From Paragordius varius (lineage: Eukaryota; Animalia; Nematomorpha), in assembly GCA_964247055.1 (NCBI GenBank), contig OZ176054.1, forward strand, positions 9,176,001-9,240,000: a stretch of DNA of 64,000 nt, written 5' to 3'. Of the stretch, positions 38,879 through 52,100 are shown piece after piece. Position 1 is the stretch's first letter. Each line of letters starts with the position of its first letter. The notes beneath the pieces are model-generated. The model saw only the letters and a program-made list of their open reading frames with translations, was not told the origin of the DNA and ran no database searches. The position numbers and the translations under genes are program-made.

Positions 38879-40918
38879 TCAAAAGTGACAAATAGAAAGC
38901 TGTCCAATCATGATGGCATTAACCAGTCTGGTCAGATCAAACACTTAAATTTATTTCTAACTCGAATCTACCAATTTTTATAAATATTTAGTTTTTAGCC
39001 TTTAATTTGTCAACATTTAATATTACATATAATTCAATAGCATATAGTATAAAAAGTACTATTAAAAATGCATGCATACTGTAAATTACAAATTTTGTAC
39101 GGAGTTCATTTCAACTGTAAATGTTGAGTTAAAAAAAAGCATCATAGGTATGTGATGAAAAGGAAGGAATCCCTTGGGGGTGTTACAATATTATTTGAAT
39201 ATGTGTGTACGTCTAACAAAACTTTACAAAGGTGAAATAATAAATTTTAGGAAAACGAATTATTTTAAATACAAATATTTTCTCATGTCATAATAAAACC
39301 AGATCATGTGGTCTCATTCACTTTAACACTCCATCACCTTTTGGGGTAGTTTTATATCCTAAAGCGATTCAAAATTTGTATCATAAAAAGTATTTTAGAT
39401 ATTAAGCCGAATTAAAAAATATGCTTTCTTAAGGCTTTTAGGCGCATTACACAGAAATGTTTTTTTAAAAAATGTAAAATTGTAAAAACCCTAAACTCAA
39501 ATTTTTTGCCGCCATTTTTTTATAAATTTTTAAATCGCTAACAGATGTTTGTTTAAATCAAGTTTAGGGGCTGTCCCATCTATAAGTTACAAAACTGTAA
39601 AAATATAAGCTTTTTTATCTAATATATAAGAACATTGTTTAATGATTAATTAATTAAAATAACTTTCAAAACAAACAGTAGTTAATTTACAAAATTAAGC
39701 GATAAATCACCCCAAAACTTAAACACCAAAAAGTGAAAAGCTAATGAAGTGCTAATTCTACTAAATAAAATATATATAATTTACATATAAACATTTTTTT
39801 ATTTATATAAAAATATATAGATAGATAGCGTCGTTGATTAACAAATATATTAGGTACCCCAAAATCAATATGAATATGCTGTTAAAATATTGAGCAAAAA
39901 TAATATATTTTTAAGTTAGTAATGTGTGTGGTATGCGAAAATATGAATGTGTGTCAATAATTTTTGATGATATCGATTTCTTAAACACACTTTTTTTGCA
40001 TTTGTAAAAAAATATAAATAAATAAGTTGTATATCTTCTTTATTATCTGGAATTAAGTTAGGGAATATATTGGGGTGTCATATATTGAGAATTATTAAAT
40101 TAATTGAAAAACATAATAATAAAATTTAGTATGGGAAAAAACTCAAACAAAAGTTGTCGTTTAAGGTGATTTTTTAAAGCTTTAAAAATTGAGTATTTGT
40201 TGAAAAACTACAATTTGCCGTACAACATACTCGGTAAATTTAAAATAGCAAATAAAAATATATATAAATGTATTATGATATTAATTTGTTTTACAAAATT
40301 ATTAACTTTTATATATGAAAAAATTTTATCTAAAATTAAAATTAAGAGACCAATGTGTGTAATTCATGTAAGTGTTAAATGATTAATGTCACACGTAAGA
40401 TAGCTGTAATAATTGATAATTATTCTAACAATTTTATAATGAAAATATGACAGGGTATATATCTCTTAATCATGATAATGTTGTCTAAAATCGATATTAT
40501 ACTTGTTTAAAGCTTAAAACAATATAAAAAATAAATATAATGATTTGAGACTGATGACATGAAATTATATAAAAAATAAATTTTCTAAGAGTATTGTTAA
40601 ACCTTAAAAATATAAATGACAAAAAAGGTAAAAGCCAATCCAAGCATATACATTTAAAAAAATTGAAAATTAAAAATTATGTAATAAAGGAGGATAATAG
40701 AAGAATTTAATGAAAAAGGATCAAAACTTATAGTGTCGATTAATTATTAAAATAAAAAAATATATTGAAAATAGAGTTACAAAATTGAGCTCATTAGAAT
40801 TATAAAACTTTTATTAATATATAATCAACAATATACCTTTTAAGGATAAATCGAATTCCAACATAATATCCTTCTCTTTTCTAATTTTTTTATCTACTGT
40901 ACTAATTGCTGAAGACAT
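15475..40918 (-). CDS. SRGAP: SLIT-ROBO Rho GTPase-activating protein (F-BAR + RhoGAP + SH3), 25 exons, ~1787 aa
   Basis: Exons: 40918-40837, 38416-38233, 35731-35566, 34847-34785, 34238-34095, 31479-31351, 30852-30631, 30394-30166, 29564-29453, 28385-28244, 28160-28053, 27799-27500, 27026-26966, 26548-26471, 26381-26217, 22986-22914, 22565-22357, 21917-21768, 20897-20658, 20405-19773, 19104-18910, 18478-18346, 17731-17481, 16856-15843, 15755-15475; total 5364 nt, all GT-AG with consistent phases. Motifs: KIRKEKDIMLEFDLSLKDLKTQLNEQLKC, SEIEMEYSRNLDKL, ARNEYILCL, KLFGGSLEEY, GLHHQGIFRVSGSQ (Arg finger), INSVAGVLKLYLREL, YLFAFLNHLSQYSDENMMDAYNLAVCFGPTL, ARFNFTGRNPDELSFNKGD..WW..EGLVPTNFI. Low-complexity exons are less secure. 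Confidence 0.92.
23440..25270 (-). mobile_element. Degenerate RTE-clade LINE (APE endonuclease + RT fragments) in srGAP intron
   Basis: QVYAP, FVIGDYNA..GKGLGKAKNPRGE..NQIDYIL endonuclease motifs (ORF 24923-25219); FVDFSKAFDT and GCILSPILFNIYLE RT motifs; many stops and frameshifts. Confidence 0.85.
25320..26150 (+). mobile_element. Second RTE LINE fragment (RT C-terminal half and 3' end), inverted relative to the first
   Basis: GLRQGCILSPMLFNIHLE, then KLQFINALIFPTILKGSESWTIK..INAFEIFCWRKILGITWKDKVKN, typical of the RTE C-terminus; homologous to the reverse complement of 23440-23880. Confidence 0.85.
29887..30133. mobile_element. MITE family B copy (further copies 28584-28860, ~29182-29400)
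   Basis: TA|CCATTTACAATTCAAATTCAC ... GGGTGAATTTGAACTGTAAGTGA|TA. Confidence 0.75.
31646..31869. mobile_element. MITE family B copy with 25-bp TIRs
   Basis: Left CCATTTACAATTCAAATTTACCCTT versus reverse complement of right end CCATTTACAGTTCAAATTCACCCTT (2 mismatches). Confidence 0.8.
32201..34069 (+). mobile_element. PIF/Harbinger DNA transposon with intact ends and a decayed HARBI1-like transposase
   Basis: Perfect 17-bp TIR GGGCCTGCTGAATAAAA (32201-32217 / 34053-34069), 3-bp duplication ATA on both flanks. Transposase remnants ~32980-33740: MPTAIGCIDCSY..YINRKG..LNVQFTC, LLGDNGYP, RSIIER.FGQMKTRFPIL, TCSILHN, interrupted by stops and frameshifts. Confidence 0.92.
36573..36772. mobile_element. 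Foldback MITE with near-full-length inverted arms
   Basis: Perfect 27-bp inverted arms 36581-36607 / 36739-36765 and perfect 21-bp inner arms 36632-36652 / 36692-36712, 39-nt loop; starts TACAGTG (Tc1/mariner-like). Confidence 0.8.
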
Positions 40919-41268
40919 CTCCAGAGAAATTCAAAAACTCAACCAAACATATAAAATAATTTCATATGATATTCATGATTTGATATAAATTTTATTATAA
41001 TTGGTTTTTGAATGTTGACAATTATAAAAATATTGATAAGTTTAGGCTATCTTTTTAGTTTTTTGTTACAATTTACCTTTACATTCAACCATAATAATAT
41101 ATATTTATTTGCCTATTGCAATAACGATTATAAAATAATTAATGAAAAAAGGCGGCAAAAAAGTTTGAGTTTTCACAACTTTACATTTTTTAAAAAAATG
41201 AATAATGCGCCTTAATATTTCTATTCAAATTGTTATCATACCCAAGACTATAATTAAATTGATATTAA

Positions 41269-41838
41269 CACTTCGATTCAAATTGGGGTATCTAAATACC
41301 CCAGACTAAATTTGAGTTAGGATTTTTAAAAAACTACTGAAGGAAACAGTCCCAATTTAAATTTATGCTACTATCCTAATAAAAATTATAAAAATATGCC
41401 AAAATATTTAAATAAAATTTTGTTGAAAAAAAGTTTCATGTCAAACTACTTCGACGCCATTTTTATTTTACAAAATTTTTGCAAAATATCGTCTTCATTT
41501 AGTTTTAAGGGTAAAATTAAAGCTGATTTTTTATTATTACATCTAACATTGATAGAAATAAGCTGTTTATTTTGTGTTATTTTTCCATTTTACCATTGCA
41601 CGCATGCCGCGTTGACTAAATTTTTACCTTTAGGTTTTAGCTTAAAATAAGTATTATCAAGTATTTTTGAATAAACTTTTTTATATATTTCGGTTTATTA
41701 AAGTTATATAAGTGCAAGATTTTGCCATGGTTTCGATTCTTTCCATATTTTTAAAGAATTTAATTTTAAACAGGCCTGGGGTATTTAACTACCCCAATTT
41801 GAATCGAAGGACTAAAATGAATGTGTTGTATCTAAGTG
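41269..41838 (+). mobile_element. piggyBac-like MITE family A, full length (570 bp); degraded tandem copy ~41865-42345
   Basis: TTAA|CACTTCGATTCAAATTGGGGTA ... TACCCCAATTTGAATCGAAGGACTAAAATGAATGTGTTGTATCTAAGTG|TTAA. Confidence 0.85.
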
Positions 41839-44339
41839 TTAATAAAAAAATAAATGAAAAAAAACGGTCACAATTTAAATGTATGCTTCCATCCTATTGA
41901 ATATTATATAAATAAACCTAAACTTCTAAATAAAATTAAGTTTTAAAAAAAGTCCATAGCAAATTACTTCGGCGCCATTTTAGTTTTTAAACATTATTGA
42001 AAAATATCGTGTTTATATTATTCTAAGGCTATTACGTTACCTTTTTTATTAACATTTAACATTATTATCAGAAAAAGGCTTATATTGCATTATTTTTATA
42101 TTTAGCATACGCACACATGCCATGACGGCTAAATGTTTTCCTTTGGGATTTACCTCCAAATAAAAATTATCAAGTATTTTTTTGTGAATTTTTTTATATT
42201 TTGGTTGATTGTTATACAAGTGTAAACTTTTTCCATGTTCAATTCTTTCCATATTTCTTGAATTATTTAATTTTAGACAGGCCTGGGCTATCCAACTACC
42301 CCAATTGGAAGCGAAGGATCGAAATGAATGTCTTGTATTTAAGTGTTAAGGCTAGAGAAAGTATATTTTTAAATTCGGTTAAATACTCTAATACTTTTCA
42401 AGATATCTTTAAATCGCTCTGGATAATACCCCAGAACATGATCGAGTGTTAAATATGAAAATTTATAATTTAAATTTTTATTTATAACTTATGGATTTTA
42501 AAATTTATTTTATTTTAATTTGAGGAAAAAATACATTTATTTACGAATCATGACCATAAAACATCTCAATAAATTATTTATTTTGTTAGAATCTATTATT
42601 CTTATGGATTTTGGTTACAAGCCTTAAAATTATTACTTTTGATAAACCAGATGTCAATCGCAAATTATTGAAAGAAATATATTTTTGTTTAAAGCTAAAT
42701 GCTTTAGTGTATGTAATTATCTTACATTATATATAAAATTAAAATTTTTTTTAAAATTATTTAAATTGCATGTTAATGGACTCCTCAAATTTTTGGCCCC
42801 TTTAAAATTAAATTGTTATTTATGCATACATGTAACAAAATTTAACGATATATTTAACATATCCATAACCTTTTCACTTGAGAATCTTGTAAAAACACTA
42901 CTGTTTTGAAAGTTATTTTAGTGAAAATTTAATTATCAAACGTTTCTGGCCTGGATTAGATAAAAAGGCTTATATTTTTTACAGTTTTATGACTTCAAGA
43001 GTGTATTGAGTTCCAAAAGACGATTGAACTAACCAGCTGATTTTAAATATATATCAAATTTTTGTTGGTAAGCAACCTAAAAGCTTAATAAAAATTATAT
43101 ACATCCATAGCAGAATATACACCTATTGCCTGTTGTATTAATTTAAATAATTATTTAGGGTTAGGTTTAAAGAAAAAGGTGACGACAAAAAGGGTTGAGA
43201 TGAGAATAATATACAATTTTACATTTTGAAATACAAATTTTTTTGTATTATGCGCCTAAAAGATTAAAACTGTCTTTTTAGATTTGGCCTAATACCTTAA
43301 ACCATTTTTTAAGATATTCAATCTATTAATCGCTCTGGGATATAAAACTACCCCAAAAGACAATGAAGTTTTAATATAAACAGTGTACGAAATTGGGAAG
43401 ATAAAAATATCCTGGTGAAATATAGATTTCGATGGGAAAATATATAAAGTCTGTTAAGTGCCCCATATACAGTGTCCACAATAAAATAACCTGATGAAAT
43501 ATAAATATTTTGATAGGAAAATGTATAAGGATTATCATGGCGTTTTTGGTTTTGGCCCTTACTGATAAAAATTACGCTTTTGTAGTAAGTGCTCCATATC
43601 AGAAAATGACAAAATTTGCGCGCATTTTTTAATAATTTTTTTTTGGCCAAAGCTGAGTGCTTTGTTCGAAAAAATATCACTAAAATATATTATTATAAAC
43701 AACGTATAAAAAGCAAAAAAATACTTTCAAATTTAATTTTTAGATGTCGGTTCTGAAACCCAAATTTTTCGCTCTTTTAAAATGGGGAGTTCCTTTCAAT
43801 ACACGGAGTAACGGGATTGCATGTGAATTGATTCTGATAACTATAATATTTTTACAAAAATGCATAATTAAAAATCTAATTTTTAGCAAAATTTTGTTGA
43901 CGCGTCTTCATGAAAACGGAAGTATATAATTCAGTGATGCTGAACATTTCTTTCATGTTTATTGAATCGTCTAAATTTATGTTAAGCTATAGCCAAAGAA
44001 CCTTTAAATTAAAATGAAGTGATAAAAATTTTCCGTAATCCATTATATAGAAAAATGTTTTCATAATATAATAAAGCGTTTTATCCCCTTTTCATTATGC
44101 CTTAAAATAGTATGAGGTGTGTTTCAACAAAATTTTGCTAAATAAATTTATAAAAAACTGTATCTAAATATTTATTGATATCAAATTTTAGCATATTCAA
44201 AAATTTTATTGCGTGATCCAAACAAATTTTCTTAATCTTGTGAACCAGAGCTGTATATTATAAATTTTAAAGTCTCTTGAAATTGTTAATAATGCACAGA
44301 ATTATTCCTTAAAAAACCTATTTTCATTATAATCAAAAA

Positions 44340-44725
44340 ACATCAGGAACGAGCGAACATGGTAAAACGATTTTGTTAAATGACAATGCTTTGTCTCGCA
44401 CACCAAAACCAGTGAAACAAACCAAAATCACTTGAATGAAAATTTTTTCACCGCCCTACTCTCTTGACCTGGCGCCATCTGTCTTATCTATCCTCGCATC
44501 AATGGACGACACTCACGCAGAACAGTACTTAAATGATTTCAAAGACTTAATAAATGGCTTGAATGGTTAACCGCGAAATATAACAGTTTTTCATCCCGGC
44601 ATTCATACATTTCCTGAGATATTAAATTAAAGTTGGTGTACAATATTTTATTAAAATAATAGAATTCCTTTCAAAAATGCGAATTTACAGAAAAACCGGT
44701 AAAAAATATATAAAAATACACCTGG
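44340..44725 (+). mobile_element. Mariner (Mos1/mauritiana-like) transposase 3' relic with right TIR
   Basis: HGKTILLNDNA..KPVKQT..PPYSLDLAPS..KWLEW..GIHTFPE (mariner HDNA / YSPDLAPSD motifs, decayed); ends TACACCTGG|TA, the reverse complement of the TA-CCAGGTGTA Mos1-type terminus. Confidence 0.8.
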
Positions 44726-45156
44726 TACATTAAATTTAAACTTTGGATTCTGGCTCCTAATCTCAAATTATCAAATTTATTTATTAGGCTAGTTTCGAAA
44801 AAATATTTTGATATATATTTTACTTTTAAGTACGAAGAGTATTTTATGTTTTAAGCAACGGTGAAAAAGGTTGAAAGAATACTTTTAGATAATATAAACT
44901 TTTTTTGAAGTAAAAGAATGCGTAAAAAATAAAATTAGGTTAATTATTTTAGACTTTTATTGAAAAGTCTTAAAAAATATATTGAATTGTAACGAATTGT
45001 GATACCCTATGTAATAAGGTTTAGGTAATTGATGAAAACCAATAACATCAAGAATGTTGTACTGGAAAAAATCAACCTTTTAGCATAAATTATGATAAGC
45101 TTGATAGATTATTTGTTATTTATAATGGATTATTGCTATCCTTTTATTGTACTAAT

Positions 45157-46330
45157 CAGAGGCAAAACTATAAATTGTGCCCCCCCCCCCTCAAGATTTA
45201 AATACAGCCCCCTCTTCCCCCAAAAAAATCGTTTGCAGTTATCTTTTCACCTGGCGCATCACTTAAATTCGTAAAGAAATATTATATTTAAAATGATTTT
45301 ATATATATGACTCATCCTGAGTCTAAAAGTGCGCTCCTGGTATTTTTATATATGATGGTTAATACCCACCCGCCCACCCTAACCACCGCCAATTCCTTAA
45401 TCTTAACGTCATTTTTAAAGTTTAAAATAATTGAATAAATTATTAAGAGCATGTACAAATCAGAAGATCATGTTTTAAAATTTCGTTTTCTCGATTTTGC
45501 GTGAGTAAATTTTCTTATTATACTTTTTTATCCATTTGATCCGCCATCTCCGCTTCATTTGCTAGAAACGATAATTTGCTTAACCTTTTTTCAGCCATCT
45601 TCTAATAAAATTTTCAATAATTATTTATGACTTTGAGAATGAACGTTCCGCTGTAGCAATCGTAACTGGTAAAGTCTAAAACAATAACAATGCTGTTATA
45701 ACTTCATCACAACTGGCTGAAACTGTTGGGTATTTAATAATAATTAATAGCTCTGCAAATTGCTGGCATTGTTGACTTGAGCGATCTCTTTCTTAAGCGA
45801 ATTAGAACTGAAACTATTTGAATCGGAAAAATCACACAAATCGTTTAAATAAATAATTATAAATTTTAAACTGAATTGATAATTCTACTTAACTCATTTT
45901 AGTTAACTTTGATGGAAGCAGAAATGAAAACATATTCTTTACGCTATAAAAACTGCCGGATCTGTTTTTAACTGAAAAATTACAATATCTAAATTTTATT
46001 AACATTCGCTTTAAACTTATCATCTAAATTAGAAAATCTATGGTCATCGGCAAGTTCATCTATAAGTCTTTTAATAATTTTATGTCTCTTATCACTAAAA
46101 ACAGGTTTAATGCCCCATTTTATTGCCATTTCCATGGCATCTTTTCTGCGGTTATATAGTCACTTATGCATCAAAGGTTTAGATTAATGAACATTAATGT
46201 ATACCAGCTAACAAATGTTGGCCAATTTACATTACAGTAAAGTATGTGAAATAACCATCATTCTGTAAAATTTCATTTACGATGTCTGCATTGAAGAACA
46301 CTTTTTACAAAATTATTGTTATTTCTCATA
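45157..46330 (-). mobile_element. hAT (ZMYM1-like) transposase relic
   Basis: Minus strand: EVITALLLF*TLPVTIATAERSFSK..LSKLSFLANEAEMA (hAT dimerisation domain) and KWGIKPVFSDKRHK..DELADDHRF; CAGAGGC terminus-like motif at 45157 with a C-rich subterminal patch. Confidence 0.65.
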
Positions 46331-47004
46331 CTTTGCTGTAATATGAATTGGCCAACATTAATGTGAATTGGTCTGCACTAAATTGCATATTGTATAATCA
46401 AAATAAATAAATTGAGATTATTATTAGAGAATATTGTTTTGATGAATGTTTTTTCTTTTTTCCCTCCTTTTTGTTCACTATTAAAACTGCCACAAAATAA
46501 AGGAACAAAAAATATCATTATGGTTAAAATTTAATGGATAGTGAAAAAAATCATTTTCTCTTTCTCCCTTTAACTCAATAACATTAAAATTTACATGATT
46601 CCATTTCCTCATAAAAATTAAAATATGTGAATTGTCTTTCCCACTAAAAAAACAAAAGATATTTTTCTATAATATATTATCACACATGAGATTTTATTTG
46701 TAATTATTTTAATTTATCAGAGGCAAAAAAATTAAATCTGTCAAAATTTTGTGAATTCTCATAAAACTATAATACTATAATTTTTAATGACAAAATTAGG
46801 TATGCTACCATTTTAATTTTTAAGCAAAATGTGTTATTTTCATAAAAAATTTGAAATTAATTGCAATCAAATTTTATAAATAGCTTTTCAGATTTTTAAC
46901 TTCCTGCTTGCTGAAACAAAATGTTGAATTAACAATTTTTTCCCTTACATTAATTACTATGTTCATTTTATTCAATATTTTGTTGTTTCTTTCCATACAC
47001 TACT

Positions 47005-47690
47005 GTAATGTTACCAGATATTTTGAACTTCGAACGCAGTACAAAATTAAAACATACTTTGCCTGTTTTTACACCATCGGTGTGGTATATAACGCAGTTT
47101 CCACAAAAAAATATCCAGATAAAACATATATCTTCTGATAGGAAAATATCAGGATTATCATGGTGCTTTTGGTTTATTTTAGATGTGGGCTTTGAAAGTC
47201 CGAAATTTTTTGGCTCTTTTAAAATGGACTGTTCTCTTAAAATAAAGCAAATATTTCGACATTGTGCAATACTTTTAAATATATGCTAAATTTTGATATC
47301 GACTAAATATATTTTTAAAAAATGCATACTTTCAAAATTTAATTTTTAGCAAAATTTTGTTGAAACGTACTTCGTACTATTTTAAGCATGATGGAAACGA
47401 TATAAACGGTTGAGATGTTATATCACTTTATATATTTAATTCGATAATGTTAACCATTTTTCTCACTCAGAATTACGATGAAAATATTCGTTCGTATTCA
47501 AATTTATGTTAAATAAAAATAGTTTTAAAAAATTCTCCAAAATTTTCAAGCAAACAAACCTTTAAAATTCTGAACCTATAGTGTTCAATCATCGAATTAT
47601 TTAGAAAAAGGGTTTTATTATATCTTAATGCCGGTATATCGTTCATATTTGTTTATGAAAAAAAATCATGAAAACTAATAAAGTTTAGGA
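47005..47690 (+). repeat. Dispersed repeat family D (probable Tc1/mariner-derived MITE)
   Basis: High similarity to 63468-64000 (GCAGTACAAAATTAAAA..TTTGCCTGTTTTTACACCATCGGTGTGGTAT..CAGTTTCCACAAAAAAATATCC..GGATTATCATG); related pieces at 43470-44200, ~11515-11600, ~10730-10930, ~15130-15210. Confidence 0.7.
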
Positions 47691-49169
47691 AAAAAATTAA
47701 GATATCATACCCCCACCTAATGAGTGTATAAAACGTAAAAACTAAATTTTCTTATACGAAAAAGGTTTTTTTTGAGATCAGCCATATATAATCAATTTTA
47801 TATGATATGTTAGAAGAATAACAATTTTCTATATAATTCCGTTAAACAAAAAATTATTTTTCTAAAACCTGATCAAACATTTGTTAAAATATCATAAATT
47901 AATTTTGTAATTTTAAATTTTGATGCACACCTCTTTATGCGAAAGTCCTGAGTGAAAGAGCTATTTAGCCTAAATCTTACGGTGTGAAGTCTGAGATTTA
48001 TAGTTTCGCCACTGCATCAAAGGTTGAAATCCTAAGTTTTATGTATAAATCGAACAGAAAAAATATTTATTATTTAAAAATAGGCTCTTAGTTTTTTAAA
48101 TCAAAATGAACCATTTAAAATTTGTGGGGTTTTTTTACAGTGGGTACTATATTAAATTCTAAAATAAATTTTTTGGATAAATAAAAGGTAATTAATATAA
48201 TTATAAAAAATTAATTTTTGTTAATTTCAAAAAGCAGTACAAAAGTGGTCGCAGTTTTTTCTGAAAACCCAGTGCTGTAGTGCGAAAAACAGCCTATCTG
48301 TTCAAATTGCCCAACCATAGTGCGAAATAAGCATTAAATTCACATACAAGTAATGTGGATATAATAATATAGATTTAAAAATAATTTTTGATCATTTTTT
48401 ACAATTTTATTGTATTGTTAACTTAATATTATGTTATAGGCTTTAGAAGATAAAGATCAAAGAGAGTAACGCAAATTCCGGCAGCATTTTGCACTCAAAA
48501 AGCTGGTGGCCGCCATTTTTGCAATTTATATGCGGATATTCATATTTAATGAATATAAAACAAAATACTGTAAACTGCGAACACGGTATAACAATGCTAT
48601 ACTTTCTATTTTGTCAATTAAAACTTCAGAAATTTGTTTATGAATATCAATTTTACAAAGATTTTGTAAGCATTTTGCAAATTAGGATCTTTTTGCGCGC
48701 CAGGGCCGTGTATTGAACACCTCTGCTCTTTATTTTATGATAGTACTTTAATTTTAAAATATGCAATGGGGCAGTAGCTTATTGAGGTTAGTTTGAAAAT
48801 TTTGCGCATTGATTGTGAAAATAATTCTTTAAAATGATTAGGTTCCAAACGCAGGTAGGTTCGGTTTCAGCATACCTTCATATTGAAATAAAGTTTAAAA
48901 GGATTGTTATTAAATTTTAGGCTTCAACCTGTTTTCGTATATTTTGTAATTAAAACCATTGGGCTTTTACCAATTTTTTATTCTATTGAAAGATATGGTG
49001 TAATGTGCTGGAAATTACTGCTAAATAATACAGAATTTTTTTTATATATATTAATTCTATTAACTCAAATCATATAGTCTATATTTTTAGTAATCTTTGC
49101 TTTGATGATAAATGCTCTTATCTATGATCCTGATAAATAGCAAATGTGCAAGTAGCCATTTTATGATTT

Positions 49170-52100
49170 TTAGCCTACAGTTGAATTTGTTATTTGAGGT
49201 ATTGTTGATTCTTTAGTAGGATCCGATCGTTCTGTCGTAAAGATGTCCTTAAAAAAATCTTTGTAAGTTGTGAAGCTTGTTAAACTGATTGATTCATCGT
49301 CAGTTGAATATGGGTTTGACTTAATATTATTATTTGCGGTTGATTCCATGAACGGCTTATAGTTATATAATTCTTTTGGTACATTTGGTTCAGAAGTAGG
49401 GGTGAAAGGTTTAGAATAATTATTTGATATGCCATCTGCTGTAGTAGATATAGAATCATCTATGTTCATATTATTATTTATATTATGCCCAGTATTAGTG
49501 TAAGTTATGTTATCCTTATCTAACCCAAATAAAGGATTAAAGAAAGCAAACTGTTCCCTAAATTTGCTGACGAAAAAGGCATCACGCCAGTACCTGTATG
49601 ATAAACACATGGTGGTAAATATAAGGATACATAAAGTTATAGACAACACGATAACCGTATATTGGGAGCTTATAATTTGCATAAACTTTGATTGTACCAT
49701 CATATTTTCACTACAAGCGTTCAATTTTTCCATATCTATTTTTCTACTAATATTTTTACTTGAACATCTATCTTTTGCATTTGTGCTATTGACTGATAGA
49801 TTACTATTAATTAAAGGTATGATGACACTATTATTAGGCAATGAATTATTGGATTTTATAATATTTTTGTTTTCAATATTGGAATCTGGTGATATATCCA
49901 GTTTTGTTTCATTATCCCCCAATACACGAACACTAATATATTGGCCTTGCTGCTGATTTGTAGGTGTTTCAGCATCTGGGCTTTTTGCAGACCGATTACT
50001 TACACATTCCATATACAGGGATGAATTCGCAACTTTTTTGGATAAAACACCTGAATAATAATTTAATCGTAACATATTACGGATGAATAGGGCTAGATCA
50101 AGTCTATTAACTGTACAATCTATTGGATTTCCAAAAATGGTTACATACGTGATCCACAGGATATTTTGAATGTCAGTCAGCGAGTTTTGATGTATATATA
50201 AGATTTCAAGTGATTCCGGGAAGTTGACGTTATTTATGCTCGTTATGAGATTGAATGACAAATCCAACGAATACAATTTGGTTAAAGTTGAAAAGATTTG
50301 TTTGTTCAGGCTGTAAATTTTGTTACAGGCCAATCGTAATTCCCTAATTTCGTTGGAATATGCGAACAGGGTAGCACCCAACTTGGTTAAACTGTTTGCA
50401 CTTAAATCGACATACGTTAATTGATTTAGACCGGCGAATGTATTATCACTCAATTGCACGTGTGTATTGTTGGTGAGCGTTAAATTCTTGAGTTGTTTGA
50501 AGCATCGAAACATATCCTCCAAATACAAGTAAAATAATGTGAAGTCACTTTGTTCTATCCAAAGCGTTTGTATGTTTGTGCAAAAAAACGTTTTTTCATC
50601 GATTTTTTTGGCCAAGGCCTTCGCACCAGGACTATCTACGTTAATAAAGGACCAATGGTATGTCATGTATTCATTACGTCCTATGTAACTATCGTACGTG
50701 CTAACTATTATACCTATTAAATACGATTAATATTTATAAATAAATAAAAATATCTAAAATATTATATAATCAATAATAATAATAATACACTGTTTAATTT
50801 AATCTATTTTTCATTAAAATTCTCCCTTGTTCTATACATATATATGTTTGCTCTTTTAATTTACCGAAAAAATTTTTTTACTCACTCTTTAAACAAGACT
50901 CACCGACAATAATTTAATTGGTATGGCATATAACAGCTTATTCGATTACATTTTGAATGTATACCATTTACACTTCAAACCTTTAAAGAATTCAAATTTG
51001 CCCTTGAACAATTTAAATTCAACCCCGAACAATTTGTATTTATCTTTATAGTAACCATAATTACTATATAACATTTAAAAGTAATTAATTTAAAGAGGTT
51101 AAAGCTGGTTGAAAAGTTATAATTTTTTCTCAATTTTGTGTAAAAACGGTTGGAATGGAAAGAAAACGGGTTAATTAAAATGGGAAATGATTAGCACATG
51201 ATTTTGATTGTAAAAGTTATACATAATTAATATTTTTATAATTATTTAGGTAAATCGTTGACTTACTTAAAGAAGTTTGTTTGCAAAACATTATTTTGGC
51301 CCCGTACTCCATTACATTATTAACATTATTATTAATGTTATCCATATTCATATCTAAGCTTCCGATTTCCGAACCAACATAACAGAGATCAGGTATATCA
51401 CAATAGTGAATATTTTTTATTTGTAAAATACTTTGATTGTTCAAACTTTCTTGTTTACCACTAGTATTAGAGAGATTACTGTAAAAACAATTTGTTATAT
51501 TGGGATTCCGTAAGATTTGTCTGTTTTTGGACATGCCTTTCGTTAATTGTTCCCATGTGGGCCGATTTTCACATAAACAAGTTAGAGGATTCGACCAAAT
51601 AGAAAGTGCTTTGAGTGTTGAATTTAATAGGTGTGCAGCTACAAAATTTATATCAGAAATACGATTGTTATGGACAAACAACATTTTCATTGCAGTGTTG
51701 GACAAATCAAGTGTTTTTAGGTTATTGTGGCTGAGATCTAAACTTTCTAGTTTCGTCCAGTCATTTATTCGTTTATCAAGTATTAGTGTCTCTATCTGGT
51801 TGTGACTGAAATTTAAGTATTGTATGAGTTTTTGACTCGCTAAAATTTGGGACGGTAATGACATTATTTTATTATAACTCATGTCTAAAGTTATCAAATA
51901 ATTTGTTTTTGCACCAAAAAGGGTAGGTATTTCAGATAAAACGTTATGTGATAAATTTAAGTATAGGAGATTTGGTAGATTAGAAAAAGCATTTTCATCA
52001 ATTTTACTTATGTTACATCGACTAAGATCTAACTTAGCTAATGAGGGCGCACCATTAAAGTAAGATGTTTTTATTTTATCCATCCGTCCGTGCATAACAA

